A stretch of DNA of 64,000 bases, from positions 44,950,001-45,014,000 of the forward strand of contig OZ024750.1 of NCBI GenBank assembly GCA_964016885.1. Direction: 5' to 3'. This stretch comes from Eledone cirrhosa (Eukaryota). Below the pieces are notes generated by a model that was given only the letters and a program-made list of their open reading frames with translations, had not been told where the DNA came from and searched no databases. Below are positions 25,790 through 38,867 of this stretch, piece by piece; position 1 is the stretch's first letter; every line of letters starts with the position of its first letter. The position numbers and the translations under genes were made by a program.

Positions 25790-28745
25790 GCTGGGAACAA
25801 CCCCTTGCCCCCCCCCCCCCTTTTTGTGTACATCCACCAATTCACTCATTCATTTACTGCCATTCTACCTTCCTGTGTCTCCCCCTCCATGCAGCCCCCT
25901 TTCGCTCTCGTTTTCTGGCACCTCCATATATATAGGTGAGCTATGCTGCCCTCTTACCAGCACTTTCCCTTCCAACCACACACACCAGCCACCCACCCCT
26001 GATGCCGCTCGGTGCCCCAGTCCCCGGCCCCACGCCCCATCCTCCACCCCTCCAAATCGACACCTGCAGCACTTGTGGCACTACTAACAAACGGAAGAGG
26101 GGCCGGAACTGTTTGGGGCGCGGCTGCTTCCACCACCTCACCTGCGTTGGCTTGAATCGTCGAGCTTCCAATGCCCTCGCAGCGTGGAGGGCAGGAGCTG
26201 CCTCTTCCCCGCGTCTTCCCAGCCACGGCCGTCTGGCACACCAGCAGATGGGACAGCGAGCTTTCCTGCCGCCCGAGCCTCGCTGGTCAACTTCGCTCGG
26301 CTACCCCCACCCTCATGTACCCCCTATCCTCTACCCCCGAGGCCAGCGCCAAGCGTTTGCGTGACCAAGTAAACGCAAAGCTTATCATGGGTGATGTCTC
26401 GGCCGCAGTCAGAGTTGTTGCCTCAGAGGACACTGTCCTCCAACCCACCGAGGAGATCCTGGCTGCTCTGCGGCTCAAACACCCTGAGCCACCCACTGAT
26501 CTCAGACCCATGCCCCCACCCGACCCCCACCTGCTCCTTGTGGCTACTGATGCAGATATCATGTCTGCCATCAGGTTCTTCCCAGCTAGCAGCTGCGGAG
26601 GTGTTGATGGTCTCCGACCAGGCCACCTCAAGGAGTTGACATCACCCCTCTCCGCTGAGGCCGGGCGCGCCTTCTGAGTGCAATTGTAGCGCTCACCAAT
26701 AGGCTCATTCATGGTGCCCTCGACCCTTACGCCCGAGGCCTCTTTTATTCGGCCAGCCTCACCGCTCTCAGGAAGAAAGAGGGTGGCATACGCCCCATTG
26801 CTGTGGACAATGTCTTCCGGAGGCTGGCTGATAAGGTGATCTGCAAGTCCGTCACACACGAACTGGGTGAGGAGTTTAGTCTGGTGCAACTGGGTGTCAG
26901 CGTGTCCGCTGGCTGTGAGGGAGCCTCTCATGCAATCAGGCAGTTCTTCAGCAGCTGCCCATCGGTACCGGCATCCAGGGACTCCAGGCACCTCATTGTC
27001 AAGCTTGACATGAGGAATGCCTTTAAATCTTTACGCCGGTATCATCTGCTCGAGGCCTGCCTCAGCCGAGCCCCCTCTGCCTACCCGCTGGCCTACCTGT
27101 CATATGGTGCCCCGATCATTCTCCTAGCTGCTGATACGGTCATACCCTCGGTAACTGGGGTCCAACAGGGCGACCCTTTGGGACCACTCCTGTTCGTCCT
27201 TGGTATTGACCACATCGCCCGGAGTATCACGGCTCCTCTCAACGTTTGGTATCTGGATGATGCTACGTTGGGGGGGGGGGGGGCGTACGGACCTTCACTC
27301 GGTGATTCCTGCCCTGGCGGGAATCGGCGTCCAGGTCAACTCGGCCAAGTCGGAGGTGGTGAACGTCAGCTTCGATGCTGTGAGCTTTGCAGCCTCCGTC
27401 TTGGACGTGCGGTCAATTCTCCGCCAGGTTCAGGTGACCCGCAAAGAGGATGTCCTCATCCTCGAGTCACCGATACACCTGCCGGTCTACCGCTCCCCCA
27501 TCAGGTCCAGGCTTCAACAGCTCCAGATTCTCACGAGCCGACTGGGCTTGATTGAGGGCCACCCAGCTCTCTTTCTGCTGAGGAACTGCTTCGCCATGCC
27601 GAAGCTCCTCTTTACACTCTGCAGCGCTCCATGCTACACCCAGACATCTCTCCTCGTTGACCTCGATACTTGTATCCGAGCAGCAGCCGAGGGGATATGC
27701 AACGTCAAGTTTGACGACATAGGGTGGCAACAGGCCACTTTACTGGTCAGGTATGGCGGCCTACGCCTCCGGTCCCCGATCTCATTAGCTTTTCCGGCGT
27801 ATCTTTCGTCGGTAACCTCGTGCCGCGTCTACGTAAGGAGGTTTCTTCAAAACACAACAGAACCCTCTGTGTTCAGAGAACGTGAGGCCGCCTGTGAGAC
27901 GTGGGACCGGCAGGGACTTAGCCCAGTAGACTCCCTCCTCCTTCTCCCCCTGTTGACGTCAATCCCCCCAACGCACTTGGGATGCCATCCAGTGCAGCCT
28001 GGTCTCAGACAGGCTCACGCGCCAGCTCGGCCTTGCTTGTTTTCGTGCGGCCTCCAAACCCCACAGCGGTGCCTGGCTCCATGCCCTGCCCTCCTTCTCC
28101 ACTGGCACGGAGCTAGACAAACATAGCCTGCGAATCGGCGTTTCTCTGAGGCTCGATCACCGGATCTGCCAGCCACACCAATGTCGCTGCGGTTCCACCG
28201 TGGACTCTTTCGGCCTCCACCTGCTTTCCTGTCGCCACAGTGCCGGCCGCATTCCACGCCATGCTGCCCTCAACGAGGTCATTAAGCGTGGTGGGGCTGT
28301 ATCGAGGGGACGGCAAAAGGCCAGATGGCATGACCATCTTCCTGTTCCGCGGTGGCAAACCCCTCGTCTGGGATTCCACTTGCACCGACACTTTCTGCAG
28401 CCGCAACCTGGTGCAGACTAAGACTGACCCAGGTTCTGCTGCACATCGACTGAGGGGGCCAAACTCCTCAAATACCGGTCGCTCTCCGACAGGTTTGCGG
28501 TCGTTCCCCTGGCAGTGGTAAGCTCTGGTGTCCTCGGCCCCAGGGCTACCTCCATACTCACCACCATAGGCGCAGCGCAGAGCTGGCCAGCCGTAGGTGT
28601 GAGCCCCGCGAGTTGGAGTGGCTTTTCCAGCGCCTCTCCCTTGCAGTCCTCCGGGGAAACCCCTTCTCCATTCTGTCCGCCGGGGCTGTGGGTGGGCCCC
28701 ATCGCGTACCAATACATTAGTTAAATACCATTCTTTCATCACAAA
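25790..28745 (+). mobile_element. Frameshifted CRE-like non-LTR retrotransposon (RT + C-terminal Zn knuckle + restriction-like endonuclease)
   Basis: GGVDGLRPGHLKEL; ALRKKEGGIRPIAVDNVFRRL; KLDMRNAF; GVQQGDPLGPLLF; WYLDD; WQQATL.VRYGGL; C.CG..VDSFGLHLLSC; RHAALNEVIKR; RPDGMTI..GKPLVWD.TCTDT; QRLSLAVLRGN; N-terminal Cys/His PHD-like remnant; several frameshifts. Confidence 0.88.
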
Positions 28746-28875
28746 GAAATTATATTGCTCAATACTTAGATGTACATTACGAATGGAAACTTAGAGCATT
28801 AGACCACCACCGTGTGTAAATAAATCAACTTTGAAATCAAAAACAATATAAATATACACAATCTAGTTACGTACA

Positions 28876-29058
28876 GGTGAATTTGCAGTATCGGTAGAGG
28901 ATTGGACGTAATGCTTTCTAGCATAGTTACGTCCCTTTACGGTCTGAGTTCAAGTACCGTCGAAGTTAATTTTGCCTTTCATCCTTACGGAGGTCGATAA
29001 AATAAAGTACCAGTAATGTATCGGGTAATTGCTGGCCTTGTGCCACACGTGTAGAAAC
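28876..29058 (+). mobile_element. SINE family S1
   Basis: Matches the S1 consensus. Confidence 0.85.
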
Positions 29059-29261
29059 ACTTAGCGCCCTTGTGGCAAATAAAGAAATATATCTAGTACG
29101 TACAGGTATATAAATTCCAGCGGCTGGTTAGTTAGTACACAACGTGTATACATGCTTCACTTTATCCTCTTCTCATATATCATGTCGGGAATATATATAT
29201 ATATATATATAAAATAAAGTTAAATAAAAAGACAAATGATTAAAATTTAGCTTCGTTTATT

Positions 29262-29316
29262 ACTGCTATATATATTTCAGTGACAGCCATCTTTGGCTGT
29301 GACCTCTTCAGGCAGT
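29262..29316 (-). ncRNA. Minimal hammerhead motif
   Basis: Minus: ACTGC-CTGAAGA-GGTC ACAGCCA AAGA TGGCTGT CACT-GAAA-TATATA-TA-GCAGT; in cassette 29211-29545 between (TA)n tracts. Confidence 0.8.
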
Positions 29317-29539
29317 TTGAATTAGTATGGTATAGACAAGTACATATGTTGTTGAGGTGTATAATATTGTCAATACTCTGATATGCCCAGTTCCTGGTTG
29401 GGTTGTTATTTCACTGAGGAACTGGAATCATATGAATTCAAACAAACGAATTTCAGTGTCAAAGGTCCTCTTCTCCTCTCATTGGTCAGTTATTAGAACA
29501 TTCCTCATTCTAAGTGTTGTGAACCAACATAAACTCAAA

Positions 29540-29578
<39 letters not shown>

Positions 29579-30343
29579 TACTATGTATTATAGCTGTTTT
29601 GGTTTTGTTTCTTTCTCTAATTCACCGGCATTATATTGACGACAAACCTCAAATCTCACATATACACTTAGACGATAGACAAAATTACAGGAACACATAT
29701 TTATTTACAATCTTTTATGCTTATTCTAAGTCTGCAGAATGTTCCTATTATATGAGAATGTCTTCTTCTCCTTCATCATTTTCTTCTTTTTCTTCTTCTC
29801 CTCGTCCTTCTCCTTCCCCTCTTTTTCTTCTCTTATACACATACCAGTGTATCGCAATGTTTCTGTTAAATGTTAGGAAAATATTCAACATCTCTGGAAA
29901 TAAAAGCTCTATGACAATTTGTTTAGTTGACATGGAAGAAACGAAGAAATTGATTCGGTGCAAAACGACGAAAGATTTCTCATGTTTTTTGCTTTTTATT
30001 GTATTTCACTAAGAATTGTATTTATATATTTATACAGCATTTCATTTCGTTTCAAAGCTTTATTCAGACAAAATTAGCAGGAATCTAGAGAGAATTTTCA
30101 GTTGATATCCTTTTTAACAAACATCTAATTCTCCTCCATATGTCGCTTTTCAACTGTCTTGAAGTCAACGACGCAGCAGAGTTCTAAACATAATTTTCCT
30201 GACTTTCTTTTATTCTCTTATCGATTACTAAACGCTGTCTTTTACGTAAATAAACTAGCAACATACTTCACAGAAACATACTTACACACATACAGAGAAA
30301 AACATGCATAATATATATATATATGTGTGTGTGTGTGAATGTA

Positions 30344-30413
<70 letters not shown>

Positions 30414-30502
30414 CATATATACATATATATTTATATGCCTATACACATACACGCACACATACAAACACACATAACCTCACACACATATATGTATACATAC
30501 AT

Positions 30503-30573
<71 letters not shown>

Positions 30574-30608
30574 TTCTTTGATTAAACTTTAATCTGTTAT
30601 TTTAATAA

Positions 30609-30640
<32 letters not shown>

Positions 30641-30641
<1 letters not shown>

Positions 30642-30836
30642 ACAAAGGAATCGTGGTAAGGAACCAGATGGACCATAACGCACCAGAGTACTCAATACTT
30701 AGGGTAGTAGAGTGGGAAATAGAAAAAAGTATGACCCCGACGGCAGAGCTCAAGCCGTTTCAACAGCTATTTCTGGACTCCAGAAATAGCCGTTGAAACG
30801 GCTTGAGCTCTGCCGTCGGGGCCATACTTTTTCCTA
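30641..30836. mobile_element. Family H fold-back element
   Basis: Consensus arm plus a ~55-bp terminal hairpin centred on TTCTGGACTCCAGAA; (TA)n on both sides. Confidence 0.85.
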
Positions 30837-30843
30837 TATATAT

Positions 30844-30930
<87 letters not shown>

Positions 30931-30947
30931 TATATATATATATATAC

Positions 30948-30996
<49 letters not shown>

Positions 30997-31382
30997 TATA
31001 TATATATGCACACACCTGCACAATCAACAACAAACGCCATATATTACACTAAGACTGCCTCTCCTTTGAACTATTTAACCAATTCCTTCGCCTCCCTCTC
31101 CGTCTTTCTCTCTATATACTACACCTTTTTTATATATGCATATGAATATATGTATGTGTGTGTGTGTGTATTTGTGTGTGTGTGTGTGTGTGTATTTGTG
31201 TGTGTGTGTGTGTGTGTATGCATGTATATGTTCGTCTCGCTAGGTCTGTATGTGTAGTTAGTCTCTGACCGCCATCTTTCCTTCATATCTACTATTTCCC
31301 CCGGTCGGATTACCTCCCTTTTCTCTACAAACATGTGTGTGTATGTATGTATATACACACACACACATATATATATATATAT

Positions 31383-31482
<100 letters not shown>

Positions 31483-31691
31483 GCATATATATGTATATAT
31501 ATGTATATATATATATATATGTGTATATATATGTATATATATATGTGTATATATATGTATATATATATGTGTATATATATGTGAATGTATATATATACAT
31601 ACATATATATGTAGATATATATGTGTATATATATGCATATATATGTGTATATATATGTATATATATATGTGTATATATATGTATATATATG

Positions 31692-31758
<67 letters not shown>

Positions 31759-31900
31759 GTGAGAGAGAGAGATAGAGAGAGAGAGAGAGTGTGTGTGTGT
31801 GTTTATGTTTTGCTCTATATATCGCTATCATTATAGTTGTATAAGCTTTTTTTACCTCTATATATCTCACCCATACTTCATCATTTCCTCTTTCTCTCGC

Positions 31901-31953
<53 letters not shown>

Positions 31954-32088
31954 TCCTCTTTCTGTGCCCACACCTCTCTTTCTCCGTCTCCTTTTCTCAG
32001 TCTCTCTCTCTCTCCCACTCTGTCACTGTTTCTACATCCCTCTCCCTTTGCCGCCCTTCTCTTTCTCCATCTCTCTGTCTCCATTTCT

Positions 32089-32147
<59 letters not shown>

Positions 32148-32757
32148 ACTCTGTCACTGTTTCTACATCCCTCTCCCTTTGCCGCCTCTTCTCTTTCTCC
32201 ATCTCTCTGTCTCCCTTTCTCAGTCTCTCTCTCTGTCTCTCTCTTTCTCTATCTCCCTCTCTGTCACTATATATATCCCCCTCTCTCTCTCACACTCCTA
32301 TTCCACTCCACCTTCCTGCACAGCTTACATTCATTTCCCACACACTAACGAACGCCATTCGCCATTCAAACGATATTGTCGCAACTGCCATTTTAGAAAA
32401 ATCTAAATCATTGTTAATACAGCTTATATAGATCCCCAACACAATGGCTGCTTATGTTTGTAATAATGGTTCATAATTGTATTGCTAAATAGAAAACTGA
32501 TAGCTCTATCGTTTTCCTACACTGTCATTCAGTCTTTTTAGTCTTGCCTTTGTCTACAATCATCCGCCTGTTCTTTCATCTGAATTTAGCTGCACCTCTT
32601 CATCTTTTCATGTATGTATATATGTATATATATATATATGTATATATATGTATGTATGCATGTATGTATGTATGTATATATGTACGTACGTGCGTACACT
32701 CGTTTATATTTGTTTCTGTATATGTGAATATATATACATACATACACTCACAGAATG

Positions 32758-32793
<36 letters not shown>

Positions 32794-32812
32794 GTGTGTG
32801 TGTATGTCTATG

Positions 32813-32850
<38 letters not shown>

Positions 32851-32883
32851 TATGTACATATATACATATATATATATGTTTAT

Positions 32884-33095
32884 AACAAAGGAATTGTGGT
32901 AAGGATCCAGATGGACCTTAACGCACCAGAGTACTCAATACTTAGGGTAGTAGAGTGGGAAATAGGAATAAGTATGACCCCGACGGCAGAGCTCAAGCCG
33001 TATCGACGGCTATTTCTGGACTACTATCATCCGACAGTCCAGAAATAGCCGTTGAAACGGCTTGAGCTCTGCCGTCGAGGTCATACATTTTCCTA
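32884..33095. mobile_element. Family H fold-back element
   Basis: Same arm; hairpin GACGGCTATTTCTGGACT..AGTCCAGAAATAGCCGT with a short loop insert. Confidence 0.85.
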
Positions 33096-33388
33096 TATAT
33101 GTATATATATATATATTTATACATATATATATATATATGTATATATATGTATATATATATGTGTGTCTATATATATATATATATGTATATATATGTATAT
33201 ATATATGTGTGTCTATATATATATATATATATATGTACTCACTATATTTCTTCATATTAAAGTTAATGGTTGTCTTCTTTATTGCTATCTTTTCTTTCTT
33301 TCTCTCTGTTTTATTGTTTCCCTGTTACAATGTCTCTCTCAACCTTTCTCTTTTTCACTACATCTTTTACACGCTCTCAGTCACTTAA

Positions 33389-33442
<54 letters not shown>

Positions 33443-33560
33443 TATGTCTCACTCTTTCTGTTTGTCTGCCTCTCTCTCTCTATCTCACTCTCTCTGTCTG
33501 TAGCTCACTACCCCCCTCTCTCTCTCTCTGTCTGTAGCTCACTCCCCCTCTCTCTCTCTG

Positions 33561-33626
<66 letters not shown>

Positions 33627-33708
33627 TATATATAGTATCGGTCTCTCTGTCTGTCTCTCTCCCTCTGTCTCTGTCAGTATCTATCTATCTCTCTTTCCGT
33701 CTTACTCT

Positions 33709-33786
<78 letters not shown>

Positions 33787-33950
33787 CTCACTCACCCAAA
33801 TCTCTATTGGGCTTCCTTTTACTGAATAATAGCCCATATTGTCACTTTACTCCACCCTCTCCTCGCCACGCCATTCCTACTCTTCTTAATACACGATTTT
33901 CTCATATACTATACACATATATATATATAGAGAGAGAGATAGTGAGAGAT

Positions 33951-33983
<33 letters not shown>

Positions 33984-34650
33984 TAGAGAGGATGAGAGTG
34001 AGATAATATAAGGTTTGCTTCACGATGACAATAAACAAGAAGATTAGCTGTGTATCTAATAGTGATTATTATTTTGCCGTTTAAAGAAACGACAATGATG
34101 TGTGTATATTTATGTATACACACATACAGTAACTATTGAGTATATTATATATACACACATACTGTATCTATACGTGTAATGTATTATATGTCTATGAAAG
34201 ACGTCTCGGAGTATGTATTCCTGTATAAAGCTTCTTATGGAATATTTACACGATCAGTCGTAGACAACATATAACAATTGATAGCTGATTCTACTCTACT
34301 ATAATATTTAGTTATCATTTCTCATGTTTTGATCAACCAATCCAATTCAATGGTAATGTATGTGATTTTATTTATTACATTTTTCATATATTGTATTTAT
34401 ATGTTTAGTATGAGGTTTTATAGGTGTTCTTTTTTTTTTTGATAATGTTTTTGTTTGCAGTAAGTAGAATCATGATTGCTCATTATTAGATATTGAGTCT
34501 CAATATCTGTTTGACGAATAACAGAAATAAACGAAGACGTTTGAAGACCAAAGCGATGTACAGCAGTTCTAATGTTTTGAACAGTGTGTGAGAAAATCTC
34601 TTGACTTAACATAAAGCATGTAGATTATGTATAAATATATATATATATAT

Positions 34651-34797
34651 AACGAAGGAAATGTGGTAAGGAACTAGGTGGACCATAACGCACCAAAGTA
34701 CTCAATACTTAGGGTAGTAGAGTGGGTAATAGGAATTAATTAGTCCAGAATTAGCCGTCGAAACGGCTTGAGCTCAGCCGTCGGGGTCCTACTCATT

Positions 34798-34801
<4 letters not shown>
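34651..34801. mobile_element. Family H element (internal deletion of the left hairpin arm)
   Basis: Arm joined directly to AGTCCAGAATTAGCCGTCGAAACGGC..GCCGTCGGGGTC. Confidence 0.8.
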
Positions 34802-34830
<29 letters not shown>

Positions 34831-34833
<3 letters not shown>

Positions 34834-34977
34834 AAATTAGTCCCTCATCAGTGATTTGCCAACCATCATTGGTATTTCATCGCATTAAACCAATGATGGT
34901 TGGCAAATCACTGATGAGGGACTAATTTTATAATATGTAATCCATGTGCAACCATGCAGTATTCTTCTCCCCTTGTT

Positions 34978-34982
<5 letters not shown>
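34831..34982. mobile_element. Fold-back cassette (43-bp arms) related to the 2664-3255 terminal repeat
   Basis: ATAAAATTAGTCCCTCATCAGTGATTTGCCAACCATCATTGGT and its reverse complement (~34889-34931), then CCATGTGCAACCATGCAGTATTCTT. Confidence 0.8.
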
Positions 34983-35047
<65 letters not shown>

Positions 35048-35483
35048 GTGATAGCATGCCGGTCACTTTAATACCATTATGAGCAAACCATAGCAGCTCT
35101 CATAGTGGTCGGCGGGCTAGACATAGTAGCCTAAGATATCCTTAAAAGAGGATAGTCATGGCTGGAATACGTCTGATGAAAGCTGAATTAGATCAGTGTT
35201 GAATTGGGACTAAAGAACGCAAACGGAGACTAACTTGTCCCTGCTGCCTTCACTGGACATTAAATAAGTTGTCAGCAGTCAACAACATCCCTCTCAACCA
35301 GCCTCCTTCTAATGTTAGCCCACCCATGTATATATATGCATATTTATGTGTATATATATACGTACATACATATATATATATATATATATAATCTAGTAAA
35401 GGCTTCTACAGAACTAGAACTGTTTCATTCTTGAGAAACCATCAGCAATCTGGTTACCTCCGATTCAACCCGGAATAACTTAC

Positions 35484-35529
<46 letters not shown>

Positions 35530-35658
35530 AACGAGTTATAATTTGTTGATTATTCAACAAAGTCAATTGATAAGAGATTAGAAGCACTCAACAGATTTCT
35601 TCTGTAGTATGATATCAATAATATTAATAAATGAAAACTATCTTTATAAAACCATATT

Positions 35659-35719
35659 TATTTTATTATACATATTTCAAGTGTACCAGTATTTTGGTAC
35701 GCTCTCATCAGATAAAATA
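35659..35719 (-). ncRNA. Minimal hammerhead motif (family A, intact core)
   Basis: Minus: TATTTTAT-CTGATGA-GAGCGTACCA AAATAC TGGTACACTT-GAAA-TATGTA-TA-ATAAAATA. Confidence 0.8.
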
Positions 35720-36028
35720 CAAAAATTGGTTTACAGACAGTGACATATCTACATAAGAACTTAATGTAGTGAGTTCTATGTGAATAGTGAACAAAACTTC
35801 AAACCTCGAGATGAATATGCTAATGAACATAACGTTAACACTGTAAAATATCGTTTTGTTTACACGCTAGATATATTTAAATAATTATTAGAATTATTTT
35901 TTAATAAGAAAAGGAAAGTGAGGTTACTATTAAGGTGGAAAAAATATTGAAGAAAAGATTTTTAAGAAAAAAATATTTAAAGCAACTTACAGAATACTTA
36001 TAGGAATGTACGTATATAAGTTCTGACA

Positions 36029-36072
<44 letters not shown>

Positions 36073-36334
36073 GGAAATGCTCTTCTCAATGATAATTTTT
36101 CTATATTTATTTCCTTATAATATAATATATTACTAATTATCATCAGATTTTATAGGTCATTAACGATCTCAATGCTTTTAATATTTTCTATAATGATTTA
36201 CAAATAAGTCATTTAGCAGAACCGATGTCTGGGGTTTTATTGAATCTTTGACTGAAGATATTGTACCGTAGAGGATGATAGCATGTAAAACATGTGCCAG
36301 ATGATTAGCTTTCATATACAGCGATCAAAGATGT

Positions 36335-36452
36335 TGATGTGTGCCCAAGAGGGTGGAAAATCTTTGAAGATGAGCCGAGATCAAGAGTGTCTGTTGAATC
36401 AACCTCTTAATGAAGCCAATGTCTTAAATGAAGATCTAAGATTGACGGGTCT
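36335..36452 (+). pseudogene. Possible decayed mariner-like transposase fragment
   Basis: Across frames EGGKSL/EDEPRSR..NEANVLNEDLRLT resembles the mariner 'G..SLEDEPRSGRP..EDRRLT' linker; short and degenerate. Confidence 0.4.
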
Positions 36453-37026
36453 GACAAACGGAATGAAAGACAACTAGATATTCTGACCTGAGAAACTCGT
36501 TTCAGTCCAAGATGTGATTAATTACTCGAGATTCAACGACGTGGATATACAACTACGTGACGAGGGCGAAACGATTACCCAAGGAATAGAAGTACGAAGA
36601 TAATGCACCAGCCCTCAAAAGCAATGATAGAGGTACTGAACGTAAGGTTAGATGAACAGCTCGCTACAGTACTGTGTCTGCTGTTTTAATGTATCATACC
36701 ACAGACATGTTAATGACATCAATCAATGGTGTCTATTATACTGGTTTACTCCGATATCTACGAGATTCTATCGATACTAAAACATCGTGATATGTTGACT
36801 AAGGTGGTCAGATTTTCACGACAATACACAAGTCCGTATCTATATATGGATTTCGGCCTGCATTGGTGTGTACAAGTGTGTATGTATGTGAGTGGGTACA
36901 TACATGTGGTCACATGTGCAGCTTAGAGATCGGCGTGGTTTAAATTGGTGTGTCCATATGTACAGTCAATTAACGTGTAAATTAGCGCAATAGAGAGAGA
37001 TAATTTAAATATGTGTATTTATGATA

Positions 37027-37213
37027 ATTGTTTCTACTTTAGGCACAAGGCCAGCAATTACCCAGTTCATTACTGGTACTTTATTTTATCGACCCCGTAA
37101 GGATGAAAGGCAAAATCAACCTCGGCGGGATTTGAACTCAGATTGTAAAGGGACGTAACTATGCTGGAAAGCATGGCGTCCGACCCTCTACTGATACTGC
37201 CAATCCACCGCCC
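37027..37213 (-). mobile_element. SINE family S1
   Basis: Reverse complement of the S1 consensus. Confidence 0.9.
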
Positions 37214-37352
37214 TGTGTATTTATGATAATGGAGGTGGATAGGAGTGACTAAACCATTGACAGGGGCATAACACATTGGTTACATTCATAAGTGTAAATA
37301 TGTAAATGTCATACATACACAGAGACAGACACACACACACACACACATACAC

Positions 37353-37412
<60 letters not shown>

Positions 37413-37508
37413 TCGTGTGTGTGCATACATATAATTATATACATATCTACACAGGCAGATTAATACATACACACATTATATATATATTTATCTCTATATA
37501 TGTATAGG

Positions 37509-37577
<69 letters not shown>

Positions 37578-37678
37578 ACATAGGTATATATATATCTATA
37601 TATGCATATATATATATTTATATGTATATACATGTATATTTATTTACATATGTATATGTATATATATGTATATAAACG

Positions 37679-37725
<47 letters not shown>

Positions 37726-38072
37726 TATATGTACGTCTGTGTATGTACATTTGTGTCGCCTTGCTATAAAGTAATATTGCTCTTAAAGTCACCACGGGGA
37801 ACTTCCTCGTATCACAACCTACGGATCACGATTTCGACCTATTTCATTCTCATTCAAATTCGCTCTTTCTTCTTTCTTCAGATATTTCCAATTTTTCTTT
37901 CTCACTCTTCTCCCCCCCCCCACTCTCTCTATCTATCTGTCTCTCTCTCTCTCTCTCTCGCTCCGTCTCACCCCTCTCTCTCTCATCCCTCTCTCTGTCC
38001 CGAACATTCCGTTTCTCTCTCACATTCAATTCCTCCCTTACTTATTCTTCACATATCAACTGATATGTGAAA

Positions 38073-38652
38073 TAATTGTTTCTACTTTAGGTACAAGGCC
38101 AGCAAATTAACCAGTGCATTACTGGTACTTAAATTTTATGGACCCTGTAAGGATGAAAGGCAAAGTCAACCTCGGCGGGATTTGAACTCAGATCGTAAAG
38201 GGACGTAACTATGTTGGAAAGCATGGCGTCCGACCCTCTACCGATACTGCCAATCCACTTAAAATAATGTTTTATTAATGTCTGGATTGGCAGTATCGGT
38301 AGAGGGTCGGACGCCATGCTTTCCAGCATAGTTACGTCCCTTTACGATCCGAGTTCAAATCCCGCCGAGGTTATCTTCGCCTTTCCTCCTTACGGGGTCG
38401 ATAAAATAAAGTACCAGTAATGCACTGGGTATTTGCTGGCCTTGTGTCTAAAGTAGAAACAATTATTTCAAGTGGATGGCAGTATCGGTAGAGGGTCGGA
38501 CGCCATGCTTTCCAGCATAGTTACGTCCCTTTACGATCTGAGTTCAAATCCCGCCGAGGTTGACTTCGCCTTTCATCCTTACGGGGTCGATAACATAAAG
38601 TACCAGTAATGCACTGGGTATTTGCTGGCCTTGTGCCTAAAGTAGAAACAAA
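38073..38652. mobile_element. Three S1 SINEs: minus copy 38073-38258, head-to-head with plus copies 38284-38465 and 38472-38652
   Basis: Near-identical consensus copies; the inverted pair is separated by ~25 bp. Confidence 0.9.
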
Positions 38653-38734
38653 TATGTTGTATGGGGAGGCCACTAATATGATTGACTGACTTGTCATCTT
38701 ATCAGTCAGATGTTTTTAGACATTTAATTAGCTT

Positions 38735-38865
38735 ACCATGAGGCGCTGAGCTGGCCAGCCGCAGGTGGGAGCCCCGCAAGTTGGAGGGGCTCTACCAGCG
38801 CCTCTCCCTTGCCATCCTCCAGGGAAACGCCTTCTCTATCTCGTCCGCCGGGGCTGTGGGGAGAC
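38735..38865 (+). mobile_element. 3' fragment of the CRE-like element family
   Basis: Homologous to 28570-28692 (GAGCTGGCCAGCCG..CAGCGCCTCTCCCTTGC..GTCCGCCGGGGCTGTGGG; QRLSLAILQGN). Confidence 0.8.
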
Positions 38866-38867
38866 AA

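Noticed and set aside
35170-35190. CTGATGAAAGCTGAA
   Set aside because: No stem II/GAAA geometry; lies in what looks like a SINE 3' tail.
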